64,000 nt of DNA from assembly GCA_903824595.1 (NCBI GenBank), contig CAIJXH010000002.1, positions 7,209 through 71,208 of the forward strand. Direction: 5' to 3'. Below the pieces are notes generated by a model. The model did no database searches. It worked only from the letters and a program-made list of their open reading frames with translations, and was not told the DNA's origin. This document shows positions 18,807 to 28,348 of the stretch, piece by piece (position 1 is the first letter of the stretch; every line of letters begins with the position of its first letter). The position numbers and the translations under genes are program-made. The DNA comes from an uncultured bacterium (GTDB taxonomy: Bacteria > Patescibacteriota > Minisyncoccia > Phycocordibacterales > UBA2100).

Positions 18807-19421
18807 TTATACATTTTTTTGTTTTGTACGCAACGCGCGACAAAAGGAAAAGCGGTGGATAACCGAAAGTCCTTCTTGGTGGATCGCCTGTCGATGTGCG
18901 AACGTTCCGTATCCCTTGTGCGCTTCCAACCCATACGCAGGATACAACGGTGCAATCTGTGTCATGAAACGATCGCGTAACACTTTTGCGACGATCGATG
19001 CAAGCGCAATCACAGGGATCGTCTCGTCGCCACGGACAAACGCTTCCTGTTTCCATTCTGGCTGCACGCGAAGACCTGCATCGAGCAGTACGCTCGCCTC
19101 GCGCGGCGACACGCTCAGACAATCAATCGCTCTCGCGGCGGCGGCGTGAACGGCAGGAACAATACCGATTTTGTCGATCATTGCCGCATCAGAAAAGGCA
19201 TGCGCACATCGAAGCTCTCCATGCACAGCGATAATCTCGTACAGCGTTTCGCGCTGCGCTGCAGAGAGTTTTTTTGAATCGCGCAGCCGAGGCTCTCCGC
19301 GTTTCGTGATTGCTGCAAACACATCGCGCCACGCAAAATCCGCAGGCATACATACCGCACCCACAGCAACAGGCCCTGCCAGCGCCCCACGCCCCGCTTC
19401 GTCTATGCCGATGAGATACAT
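18807..19421 (-). CDS. rnhB: ribonuclease HII
   Basis: The N-terminus MYLIGIDEAGRGALAGPVAVGAV carries the RNase HII catalytic motif. The protein is 204 aa. Confidence 0.9.
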   Translation of the reverse strand: MYLIGIDEAGRGALAGPVAVGAVCMPADFAWRDVFAAITKRGEPRLRDSKKLSAAQRETLYEIIAVHGELRCAHAFSDAAMIDKIGIVPAVHAAAARAIDCLSVSPREASVLLDAGLRVQPEWKQEAFVRGDETIPVIALASIVAKVLRDRFMTQIAPLYPAYGLEAHKGYGTFAHRQAIHQEGLSVIHRFSFCRALRTKQKNV

Positions 19422-19444
19422 GATCGTATTGTATACTCTCTAGT

Positions 19445-22400
19445 ATGAAAAAATTCATCAATCTTCACACTCATTCTCACTACTCTCTGCTTGAAGCACT
19501 GCCAAACGTAGAGAATCTTGTTGCCGCGGCAAAAGCCGATGGTCAGACCGCGCTCGCACTCACCGACAACGGCAACATGTACGGCGCGATTGATTTCTAC
19601 AAAGAGTGCGTGAAGCAGGAACTGAAACCAATCATCGGCGTCGATTTCTACGTCGCGCCGCGCACGCGTTTCGACAAAGAACACCGAGTGGACGATCGTC
19701 ATTCACGTCTCATTCTGCTCGCACAAAACGATGCGGGATACCACAACCTCATTCGTCTCGTGTCGCAATCGCATCTTGAAGGCTTCCACGATCGTCCGCG
19801 CATCGACCGTGAATTGATCGAGCAATACCGAGAGGGACTGATCGCAATTCTCCCCGCTTTTGCAGGCGCACATACGCACGCCCTCAAGGATGGAAATATC
19901 GATCGCGCGCAAGAAATCGTCGCATGGCACGCGCGCATCTTTTCTGAAAATTGTTATGTCGAGATCACGCGCCACCAGGAAATTCTCGATCACGAGGAGC
20001 TCATGCGGCACATCATTTCTATCGCTCGCAAAGAGAACGTGTCACTCGTCGCCGCGCATGAGACGTATTATCTGAAGCAAGACGATGCCATAGCGCGCGA
20101 GCTTGTCAACTGCATCCGTACAGGTACAACACTCAACCGCGACCTCCTCGACAACCCTCATAATTTCTCGTTTCTTTCGTGTGCGCGCGCCGAAGAACTC
20201 TTCGCCGATCTTCCAGATGCACTTGAGAACAGTGCGAAAATCGCCGAGCAGTGCACACTCAAGCTCACTCTCGGAAAAGCAATCTTTCCCCTTTTTCCTA
20301 TTCCCGATAATTCGACACCAGATCGCGAACTGCGTGCACTTGCCGAAAGCGGTATCGCTGCGCGCGGATTAGCAGACACTCCCGAGCTTCGTACACGCAT
20401 GGACTACGAACTCGGAATCATTGAGAAAAAAGGCTACGCATCGTACTTCCTCATTGTCGCCGATCTTCTACGTCATGCCCGTGAGGTCGGCATCTTTACC
20501 AACACGCGTGGTTCGGCGGCAGGATCGCTCGTTTCCTACCTATGTCACATCACCACCGTTGATCCGATAAAATTCAACATGCCCTTCGAACGTTTCCTCA
20601 ATCCAGAGCGCCCATCGGCTCCAGATATCGATATGGATATCGCCGATACTCGACGCGATGAACTTATAGAATACGCGCGAAGAAAATATGGCACCGACAC
20701 TGTTGTACAGATTGGTACTTTCGGCACCATGATGGCACGCGCCGCGGTACGCGACGTGGCGCGTGCGCTCGGACACTCATATTCGCTCGGCGATGCGATC
20801 GCAAAAATGATTCCATTCGGCAAGCAAGGTTTCCCTGTCACCATCGACTCGTCACTCAAAGAAGTGCCCGAGCTTGCGAGCGCGTATGAAAAAGATCCTG
20901 ATGCGCGCGAAGTACTCGATCTTGCACGCGCGATCGAGGGCAACGTCCGCCATGTGGGCGTGCACGCCGCTGGCGTTATTCTCGCCCCAGGTCCCGTTAC
21001 CGATTATGCGCCCGTACAGCTCGACCCAAAAGGCGGCAAGACCATCACCCAGTACGACATGTATTCCATCGCCGATGAGTACGGCGGCGTCGGACTTCTC
21101 AAATTTGACTTTCTCGGACTCACCAACCTTTCCGTCTTAGCAGATGCCGTCGCTCGCGTAAAAACGCGACTCGGGCAAGACGTTGATCTCGACCGCGTCC
21201 CGCTCGACGACAAAAAAGTGTATGCCATGCTCACGCGCGGCGAGACACTCGGTGTATTCCAGATGGCAGGCAGCGGCATGACCGCATATCTCAAAGACTT
21301 GAAGCCCACGGTGGTACACGATCTCAACGCCATGGTCGCCCTCTATCGCCCCGGCCCCATGGCATTCATCCCCGACTACATCGCGCGCAAAAGAAATCCC
21401 GCGCTCGTCAAATATCTCGACCCTCGCATGGAATCCATACTCAAACCAACCTACGGCATTCTCATCTATCAAGACGACGTCATGATGATCGCCGTGCAGC
21501 TCGCCGGTTATTCATGGGGCGAGGCCGATAAATTCCGCAAAGCTATGGGAAAAAAGATTCCAGAGGAAATGGCAAAACAAAAAGAGCGTTTCGCCACAGG
21601 CTGCATCGAACGCGGCATGAACAAAGAAAAAACAGCCGAACTCTGGCAGCAGATCGAGACATTCGCCGCCTACGGATTCAACAAAGCCCACGCCGCCTCC
21701 TACGGCAGCCTCGCCTACAAAACAGCCTACATGAAAGCCAACTTCCCCGTCGATTACATGGCGGCAGTGCTCACGGCAGACGCGGGCGACGTGGAAAAAA
21801 TTGCCGAGATTGTCGCCGAGTGCAAACGCATGCATATCGCCATCCTCCCACCAGATGTGAATGAAAGTCTGGGGACGTTTACGGTTGTGGGAACAGCTGC
21901 TACAGCGGAGAACCTTGTAAGCGAGGCGACAGACATTGCTGGGGTCTCTCGCAGCGCGTCGGCGCGAGAGGGAGCGCTGGCGCAGCAGCGCCAGACAGCG
22001 ACCCCAGCAATGTCTGTCGCCGAGCGTGCCAACAACGGAGCAATCCGATTCGGTTTATATTCCATAAAAAACTTCGGCACTGGTGTCGCCGACTCCATCA
22101 TCGCAACACGCGAGAAAGGCGGCAGATTCGCCAATCTCGCCGATTTCCTCTCGCGCATCACCGACCCCTCGACTTCGCTCGGGACAAGCAAAAACTTCAA
22201 CAAAAAACAGCTCGAATCCCTCATTCAATCCGGCGCGCTCGACTCACTCGGCGAACGCGGACAGCTTCTCGCCGAGATCGAACTCCTCCTCATCTATCAC
22301 CGCGAACACACCAAATCACCGAACAATCAAATTTCTCTCTTTGGCGCGGCCGCCTTCGGCGGCCGCGCCCCTCTGACCCTACCACCACACGACCCCGCCG

Positions 22401-22777
22401 ACCCCGACCAAAAACTCACCTGGGAAAAAGAACTTCTCGGCATCTACGTTTCTGGTCATCCGCTCGACAAACACCGCGCAAAATTGAGTAACGTAAAGAA
22501 TTCCATCAAACATGCCAAAGAACATCTCAAGGGCGTCGAGACGGTGATCGGCGGCTTCATCGAGACGACGCGGCACATTCTCACCAAAAAAGGCGAAAAA
22601 ATGGCATTCCTTCAAATCGCCGATCTCACCGATTCCATCGAGGCTGTCGTCTTCCCTCGCTCGCTCAAAGAGTATGAAAAAATCCTCGTCCCCGGCGCCT
22701 GCGTTCTCCTCAAAGGAAAAATCTCCGAGAGAAACGGGGAGCCGAGTTTCGTGGCGGAGAAAGCAAAAGGATTGTAA
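19445..22777 (+). CDS. dnaE: DNA polymerase III alpha subunit
   Basis: A 1110 aa protein with the PHP domain (INLHTHSHYSLLEA...), the polymerase core (GVHAAGVIL, FDFLGL) and a C-terminal OB fold. Confidence 0.95.
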   Translation: MKKFINLHTHSHYSLLEALPNVENLVAAAKADGQTALALTDNGNMYGAIDFYKECVKQELKPIIGVDFYVAPRTRFDKEHRVDDRHSRLILLAQNDAGYHNLIRLVSQSHLEGFHDRPRIDRELIEQYREGLIAILPAFAGAHTHALKDGNIDRAQEIVAWHARIFSENCYVEITRHQEILDHEELMRHIISIARKENVSLVAAHETYYLKQDDAIARELVNCIRTGTTLNRDLLDNPHNFSFLSCARAEELFADLPDALENSAKIAEQCTLKLTLGKAIFPLFPIPDNSTPDRELRALAESGIAARGLADTPELRTRMDYELGIIEKKGYASYFLIVADLLRHAREVGIFTNTRGSAAGSLVSYLCHITTVDPIKFNMPFERFLNPERPSAPDIDMDIADTRRDELIEYARRKYGTDTVVQIGTFGTMMARAAVRDVARALGHSYSLGDAIAKMIPFGKQGFPVTIDSSLKEVPELASAYEKDPDAREVLDLARAIEGNVRHVGVHAAGVILAPGPVTDYAPVQLDPKGGKTITQYDMYSIADEYGGVGLLKFDFLGLTNLSVLADAVARVKTRLGQDVDLDRVPLDDKKVYAMLTRGETLGVFQMAGSGMTAYLKDLKPTVVHDLNAMVALYRPGPMAFIPDYIARKRNPALVKYLDPRMESILKPTYGILIYQDDVMMIAVQLAGYSWGEADKFRKAMGKKIPEEMAKQKERFATGCIERGMNKEKTAELWQQIETFAAYGFNKAHAASYGSLAYKTAYMKANFPVDYMAAVLTADAGDVEKIAEIVAECKRMHIAILPPDVNESLGTFTVVGTAATAENLVSEATDIAGVSRSASAREGALAQQRQTATPAMSVAERANNGAIRFGLYSIKNFGTGVADSIIATREKGGRFANLADFLSRITDPSTSLGTSKNFNKKQLESLIQSGALDSLGERGQLLAEIELLLIYHREHTKSPNNQISLFGAAAFGGRAPLTLPPHDPADPDQKLTWEKELLGIYVSGHPLDKHRAKLSNVKNSIKHAKEHLKGVETVIGGFIETTRHILTKKGEKMAFLQIADLTDSIEAVVFPRSLKEYEKILVPGACVLLKGKISERNGEPSFVAEKAKGL

Positions 22778-22853
22778 TACAAATCCACATATAGTATAAA
22801 GGAGAAGGTGGGCGTGTGTTGTACATGCCCTGCAATCGAGGAGAATATCCACG

Positions 22854-23231
22854 ATGTGCGTTCTTGTACTAGATTTGAGAGCAGTGGAGCAAGGACTTGC
22901 CCGCTTGATAAAATTCTATGTCGGCCATGAGGCGATGTTCGCGGATACGAATAGTCGGTACCTGGCAGATGTCATCGGTACCATGATTGGCCCAAGCCCC
23001 GAAGCGCTTCAATGTTATTTTGAGGCGTCTCCGCGCGTGTCGCGCATTCTGATGGAATCGGCGCAAAGAGCAGGATTCCCTGTCAAATCCGTGAATCAGT
23101 TATGGCACGCGTTGCGAAAGGTTGAAAAAAGAGTACGAAAACATCAGCCCATTGAAGCTGATGTGCGAAATCAGATTGAGGTACTAATCCATTTGATTGT
23201 ACACGGTTTATGTGATTGTGGTGATGGATGA
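22854..23231 (+). CDS. hypothetical protein (125 aa)
   Basis: This ORF lies between dnaE and thrS and is followed by a perfect GC hairpin, but there is no recognisable family and the start is uncertain. Confidence 0.3.
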   Translation: MCVLVLDLRAVEQGLARLIKFYVGHEAMFADTNSRYLADVIGTMIGPSPEALQCYFEASPRVSRILMESAQRAGFPVKSVNQLWHALRKVEKRVRKHQPIEADVRNQIEVLIHLIVHGLCDCGDG

Positions 23232-23242
23232 AAGATGATCTT

Positions 23243-23265
23243 GGCGCGCCACTTCGTGGCGCGCC
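23243..23265 (+). promoter_or_regulatory. perfect 10-bp GC hairpin (GGCGCGCCAC-TTC-GTGGCGCGCC) in the thrS leader; terminator or attenuator candidate
   Basis: The stem contains the 8-bp palindrome GGCGCGCC, lies 34 nt upstream of the thrS start and is followed by a T-rich but uninterrupted-run-free tract (tctctatttcc). Confidence 0.4.
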
Positions 23266-23298
23266 TCTCTATTTCCCCATTCACAAAAAGTTGCTATC

Positions 23299-25071
23299 AT
23301 GCTTCACATGCCTATCGAACACATCCGCCATACGCTCGCCCACTTACTCGCCGCCGCCATCCGTGAGCAGTATCCGCACGCCAAACCCACCATCGGCCCT
23401 GCCGTCGACAACGGCTTTTATTACGACTTCGATTTTTCTGCGGGCGAGATCCCCGGCGAGCAGCACCTCGCCAAAATCGAAAAGGCAATGCGCAAGATAC
23501 TCCCCTCGTGGAAAGAATTTTCGCACAAGGTCGTCTCCCCCGCCGAAGCGCGGGCGTTCTTCGCCGACAACGACTACAAACTCGAGCTCATCGACGAGCT
23601 CGAAAAGAAAGGTGAGACGATTACACTCTACACCTGCGGCCCTTCGACGGGCTCAGGGCAAGCTCATTTCACCGATCTTTGCCGCGGCGGGCACTCCGAA
23701 CATCCGAGCCAAGATATCGCCCCCGACTCTTTCCACCTCGACCGCGTCGCCGGTGCCTACTGGCGCGGCGACGAAAAGAACAAAATGCTCACCCGCATCT
23801 ACGGCCTCGCTTTCGCGACCAAAGAAGAATTAGACGCCTACATCGCCCAGCGCGAAGAGGCAAAAAAGCGCGACCATCGCAAAATTGCGCGCGAACAAGA
23901 CCTTCTAGTATTTTCCGATCTCGTTGGTAGCGGCATGCCCATGTATACCCCACGCGGCAACGTTGTCCGCAACGCAATCATCAACTACTCTCGCGAACTC
24001 AACGCGCAACTCGGCTTCGGCGAAGTCCACACTCCCAATATCAACAAAGCCGAGCTATTCAAACTCTCGGGTCACTACGACGCCTACAAAGAAGATATGC
24101 TTTCCGTTCGTTCGCAGTACGTCTCCGACGAAATGTTCTTGAAACCAATGAATTGCCCGCAACACACGCAGATCTACGCGTCGCAGATGCGCAGTTATCG
24201 CGACCTTCCTATCCGTTATGCCGACTTCGCAAATCTCTACCGCGACGAACGCCCCGGTGAACTCTCCGGCCTCACGCGTCTACGCGCATTCGCACAAGAT
24301 GACGGACACATCTTCTGCCGCGAAGACCAAATAGAGCAAGAAATTTCTGCCGTCCTCGACGCGATTCAGACAGCACTCTCTACCTACAAAATAGGATTCT
24401 GGATGCGCCTTTCTTTGCGCGATCCCAACAATGCCGCAAAGTATCTCGGCGATCCAACCAGATGGGAAACAGCGCAAGATATAATGCGCACTCTTTTGCA
24501 GAAAAAGAATATTGAATTCAAAGAAGCAATCGGTGAAGCTGCGTTTTACGGTCCGAAGATCGACATTATGGCTGTGGATGCCATCGGGCGCAATTGGCAA
24601 ATCTCTACCGTCCAGCTTGATTTCGTGCAGCCGTCGCGCTTCAAACTCGAATACATCGGCGAAGACGGGACCCCGAAAACACCAGTGATGATTCATCGCG
24701 CACTCATCGGCTCACCTGATCGCTTCCTCGGCGTCCTCATTGAGCACTACGCCGGTGCCTTCCCCCTCTGGCTCTCGCCCATGCACGTGCGTATTCTCCC
24801 CGTCTCCGAAAAACACTCCGAATATGCAGGACTTGTCCTGCGTAGCCTTGGCGAAGCAGGGATCCGCGCCGAAATAGCCGAAGCCACCGAATCCCTCGGC
24901 AAGCGCATCCGCGAGACCAAGCTCCAAAAAGCCCCCTACTTCCTCGTCCTCGGCGACGAAGAAGTTTCTGGCAATACCGCCACCCTCGAAGGTCGCACCA
25001 GCAAAATCGGCGCATTCCCCATCGCCGAGATTGTCCACAGGATACAGGATGAGATCCGTGCCCGCTCCTAA
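23299..25071 (+). CDS. thrS: threonyl-tRNA synthetase (short form lacking the N-terminal TGS domain)
   Basis: A 590 aa protein with class II aaRS motifs and an anticodon-binding C-terminus; the N-terminus starts at the HxxxH second additional domain. Confidence 0.9.
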   Translation: MLHMPIEHIRHTLAHLLAAAIREQYPHAKPTIGPAVDNGFYYDFDFSAGEIPGEQHLAKIEKAMRKILPSWKEFSHKVVSPAEARAFFADNDYKLELIDELEKKGETITLYTCGPSTGSGQAHFTDLCRGGHSEHPSQDIAPDSFHLDRVAGAYWRGDEKNKMLTRIYGLAFATKEELDAYIAQREEAKKRDHRKIAREQDLLVFSDLVGSGMPMYTPRGNVVRNAIINYSRELNAQLGFGEVHTPNINKAELFKLSGHYDAYKEDMLSVRSQYVSDEMFLKPMNCPQHTQIYASQMRSYRDLPIRYADFANLYRDERPGELSGLTRLRAFAQDDGHIFCREDQIEQEISAVLDAIQTALSTYKIGFWMRLSLRDPNNAAKYLGDPTRWETAQDIMRTLLQKKNIEFKEAIGEAAFYGPKIDIMAVDAIGRNWQISTVQLDFVQPSRFKLEYIGEDGTPKTPVMIHRALIGSPDRFLGVLIEHYAGAFPLWLSPMHVRILPVSEKHSEYAGLVLRSLGEAGIRAEIAEATESLGKRIRETKLQKAPYFLVLGDEEVSGNTATLEGRTSKIGAFPIAEIVHRIQDEIRARS

Positions 25072-25088
25072 TGATACAATGAAGTCGT

Positions 25089-25460
25089 ATGGAAAAGAAA
25101 CTATCCGTCGAACAAAAAATCGACCGGCTCGCCGTGGTCGTCGAACGTGGATTTGCGGCAATTGCTTCTGACATTCAGGAAATACGCGAAACAGTGGCAA
25201 CAAAAGCGGATATTTCCGATTTCGCCACCAAAGATGAAGTTCGTTCCATAGTTCGCACGGAGATTGACGCGGCATTAATCCCGATCAAGCTCGACCTCCA
25301 GTACATCAAAGACGATGTTCGCGACATTCGCAACAGAATAGAAAAACTCGAAGAGTCGACAAAAAATCATTCCGGTTTCGCAAAAGAAATCGACCACTTG
25401 TTCGATCGGATCGCGACCATAGAAAAACACCTTGGTATCAAAATCAAGGCAGTCGCCTAA
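25089..25460 (+). CDS. hypothetical coiled-coil protein (123 aa)
   Basis: The sequence is heptad-like and charged throughout, and the gene is followed by a bidirectional terminator. Confidence 0.45.
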   Translation: MEKKLSVEQKIDRLAVVVERGFAAIASDIQEIRETVATKADISDFATKDEVRSIVRTEIDAALIPIKLDLQYIKDDVRDIRNRIEKLEESTKNHSGFAKEIDHLFDRIATIEKHLGIKIKAVA

Positions 25461-25464
25461 CCAA

Positions 25465-25490
25465 AAACCACCCCGTCTTGGGGTGGTTTT
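25465..25490. terminator. bidirectional rho-independent terminator
   Basis: The hairpin aaaccacccc-gtcttg-ggggtggttt is flanked by an A-run on the left and a T-run on the right, so it can serve both convergent genes (25089..25460 on + and 25524..26996 on -). Confidence 0.65.
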
Positions 25491-25523
25491 CGTTCTACTT
25501 TGGAACTCTGAGTGGCGGCGGCG

Positions 25524-26996
25524 TTAGGCGCGAGAGATGATGATGCGCGGCGCGGACCCGTTTTCAGATCGCACCACCGTCATCGCGTCTTTCGGCATGG
25601 ATGATACAGAGCGCGCAACAGAATCTTCACGCACAGGGAGATGTTCCAACGATCCGTGCACATCATGTGCATACGACACACGCGGCGATGCGACGTGAAC
25701 GCGTGCTGTCGGACGATGTGTATACGCAAACATGGTCGACATGCCGCCTCGATAGTAGAGCACCAGGTAGCTTGCCGCAACAGCGAAGGCAAGGATCGCC
25801 ATCCAGTAGATGCTGTTGCCAATCGCACCGAAGTCGAAGCCTGTATACGGAATCTGCGAGAGCGCAACGTACGGAGCGGCAGTCGTCGGTGCCACGTATC
25901 CCACTCCATATTCACCCACATTCACCACCGCCTGGCAGCGACCGACGATGCCCTGATTGCTGTAGACCGTAAGCTCGTAGGTCGTCGTCTGTGTCGGGTA
26001 CACGGTCGTCAAACCAGATGTATTCACCGATCCTCCAAACAGATACGCCGTCCACGCGTTTGCCGATGTCCACGTGAGGTTCACCGCTTGCCCTGCAGAT
26101 ATGGTGTTTGGCGTTGCCGTGAGTGAGCACGATGGGTATACCGTATTGGTTCCTGTGTAATACGAAGATGAATACGGATACGAGTATTGCACAGGATAGT
26201 ACGCAGGATAATCGGAAACCGTCTTCAAAGTGGAAATCGTCGAGCCGGAGCCGTAGGTGTTGAAGCTGCCGTTGATGCTGTTGTCGGTGTAATTGCAGCT
26301 ACCGTTGGTGCAGTAGTTGGAGCTGTAGTTGGAGACATTGGTGCTCCCCGGCGCACTCACCGTAAACGGAGTCGACGCAGTCGTGCCGTATGAGTATGAG
26401 GCGGGATAGGAGTATGACGCAGGGTATGAATACCCATAACCGGAGGAAGAGTATGCGGGATAGGAATAGCCTGTGGAATACGCAGGGTACGAGTAACCCG
26501 AGGAGGAAGCTGGGTAGGAATAACCCGTGGAACCATTGCCGTAGGAATACTTGGGTGCGCCAGTAGTGGGATAATAGTAGTTCGGTTGCGCATCGCGATA
26601 CGTAGTGACAAGATTTGGAGAATAGTACGAAGAGCCAAAATCCGCACTTCCAACACCAATCGGTGAATAGTAACTCGAACCAAAATCACCAGCTACGGTA
26701 GGAGAATAATAAGACGAACCGAAATCTTTCGCTTGAGCAGCATGAGAATAAAACGAGGTGCCAAAATCAGAATTCACTGGAGAATAGAAACTGGAACCAA
26801 AATCAACATTTTGCGCCGTACAACAAGGAGCATCAGCCGATCCAAAATCACTGACACTAGTATCTGACCCCGACGAGAAGAAACTTGAACCAAAATCCTC
26901 TTGCGCCAATGTCACACGCGGCGCCACACTCATCACGAAAAGACAGGCTAGCACCACGATCATGGACGAACGAAACTGCTTTGAAATATATGTCAT
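25524..26996 (-). CDS. repetitive cell-surface protein (signal peptide, DFGSS[FY]YSP and GYSYPA tandem repeats, Ig-like region, C-terminal TM anchor)
   Basis: The N-terminus MTYISKQFRSSMIVVLACLFVMSVAPRVTLA is signal-peptide-like. The DFGSSxYSP motif occurs at least seven times, followed by low-complexity S/Y/P repeats, a beta-rich segment, the hydrophobic stretch IYWMAILAFAVAASYLVLYY and a basic tail. Confidence 0.6.
   Translation of the reverse strand: MTYISKQFRSSMIVVLACLFVMSVAPRVTLAQEDFGSSFFSSGSDTSVSDFGSADAPCCTAQNVDFGSSFYSPVNSDFGTSFYSHAAQAKDFGSSYYSPTVAGDFGSSYYSPIGVGSADFGSSYYSPNLVTTYRDAQPNYYYPTTGAPKYSYGNGSTGYSYPASSSGYSYPAYSTGYSYPAYSSSGYGYSYPASYSYPASYSYGTTASTPFTVSAPGSTNVSNYSSNYCTNGSCNYTDNSINGSFNTYGSGSTISTLKTVSDYPAYYPVQYSYPYSSSYYTGTNTVYPSCSLTATPNTISAGQAVNLTWTSANAWTAYLFGGSVNTSGLTTVYPTQTTTYELTVYSNQGIVGRCQAVVNVGEYGVGYVAPTTAAPYVALSQIPYTGFDFGAIGNSIYWMAILAFAVAASYLVLYYRGGMSTMFAYTHRPTARVHVASPRVSYAHDVHGSLEHLPVREDSVARSVSSMPKDAMTVVRSENGSAPRIIISRA
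26390..26890 (-). repeat. intragenic tandem repeats encoding the DFGSSYYSP and (G)YSYPA peptide repeats
   Basis: Repeated units (e.g. gaaccaaaatc...) are visible in the DNA at roughly 36-45 nt periodicity; the boundaries given are approximate. Confidence 0.5.
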
Positions 26997-27156
26997 ACGA
27001 ATGTTTCTAAATTGTGATTTCGGCTGCTAAATTACTTATATGTTTATATTATATCAAGATATTTTATGTTGTCAATGGTGTCATCTCGTCCTGAAAAATT
27101 GTTGCGTAGGGATGATACTTCTCATCCCTACGCAGGGTATGACGCGTCCATGACAA

Positions 27157-27609
27157 TCACTCGTGCACGTGCGTGCCCACGAGCACACGCTTGCCCCCCG
27201 GTGGCTTGCCTGTGCGGACCGCCTGAACCAGAGATGCGCCGGTAATCCAGCCAATCCCCTTCTCATCGCAAATCACGACCCACTTCGCGCCTGCAAACTT
27301 CGCAGGATGGCGACAAAAGTCGTCGCGAGGACCTGTAATCTTGGAGTCCTTGAACAGCGCATGAGAAAGCTGTTCTTGGATTCCTTGCGGCGTATCGCGC
27401 GGATTGAATTCCCGCAAGATAAACATCGCCACCTGCCCGTACCCCGCCTTTACAAACGGAATACTGACGCACGCAACAGGCGTACGCCCGCGGGTGTGTC
27501 CGGAACGCAAAACATTGCACGCGTCGCTATTGACGCACGCTCTTCCCGCCGCCATTGCCGGCACACTTGCCAGCAAGACAACCATCATGACAAAGATCAA
27601 TCGAATCAT
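27157..27609 (-). CDS. hypothetical secreted protein (~150 aa)
   Basis: The internal start MIRLIFVMMVVLLASVPAMAAG gives a signal peptide, and the protein is cysteine-containing. No family was recognised. Confidence 0.4.
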   Translation of the reverse strand: MIRLIFVMMVVLLASVPAMAAGRACVNSDACNVLRSGHTRGRTPVACVSIPFVKAGYGQVAMFILREFNPRDTPQGIQEQLSHALFKDSKITGPRDDFCRHPAKFAGAKWVVICDEKGIGWITGASLVQAVRTGKPPGGKRVLVGTHVHE

Positions 27610-27734
27610 TGCTTCCCTCCACTTCCTCAGGATTTCTTGCCTACACAAATGTATACGCAAGAAGCCACAAAGAATCAAGAAAATTTTTGGGCAGACTATG
27701 AACACGCCGTGTGTTCATAGTCTGCCCCAGTAGA

Positions 27735-28169
27735 TCAGTTCCAGCTCAAGTTCCCTATGAGAGAACCGTCGGGAAGCCGGCACTGATTCTTGCATTCGCG
27801 TTGCCTATTGCTGAGCACGCGGCAAGTATCGCTTCTAACCAGCGTCCCGCCCTTATTTTTGCAGGACTGCGCTTTCGAGGCATTCGACACCCCGTCAAAC
27901 GTGAACCCTTGCGGGGTCCCCTCGACGCGGAACACCTCCGCGCCAATGCCATACCGCACCACCTGCGGAGTGGGTGCCGGAGGCGGATTCGCCACCGCAC
28001 CTGACACCGCGACCGCGGGTGCCTTGTACTCCGTGGTGGCGACCTGCTGGGTGGTGGCGGGAGCATTCCACTTATTCACCCCCCACACAATCAGAGCCAA
28101 AACCGCCACGACGCCCACGAAGGCGCCCAGCCCTTTGAGGGCCTTTTTGCGACCATCAGTGAAAGTCAT
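27735..28169 (-). CDS. hypothetical membrane-anchored protein (144 aa)
   Basis: An N-terminal TM segment (LGAFVGVVAVLALIVWGV) is followed by an Ala/Pro-rich linker and a Cys-containing C-terminal domain. Confidence 0.4.
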   Translation of the reverse strand: MTFTDGRKKALKGLGAFVGVVAVLALIVWGVNKWNAPATTQQVATTEYKAPAVAVSGAVANPPPAPTPQVVRYGIGAEVFRVEGTPQGFTFDGVSNASKAQSCKNKGGTLVRSDTCRVLSNRQRECKNQCRLPDGSLIGNLSWN

Positions 28170-28348
28170 TTTCCTCTCCTCTTATCTTGTTTGCACCCAC
28201 TCCGGGTGACGACTGGCGGCATATTACCACATCAAGTATCTACTTGTCAATAGCACTCACCTAAATTCCTTCAAAATGGCTTCAATATTGAATAAAATAG
28301 GCGCGGAGATCGGAATCCCCGCGCCAAAAGTTCTCTCTTCTCTCTTTT

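Noticed and set aside
18444-19149. ORFs 18444..18743 (-), 18638..18955 (-) and 18685..19149 (+) in the rpmF/rnhB region, and the full 195-aa ORF 18535..19122
   Set aside because: These ORFs overlap the well-supported rnhB and the 87-aa L32 sub-ORF. Only the L32 frame from the ATG at 18798 gives a recognisable protein, and the upstream 108 codons of the 195-aa ORF lie in a different frame from rnhB over the same DNA.
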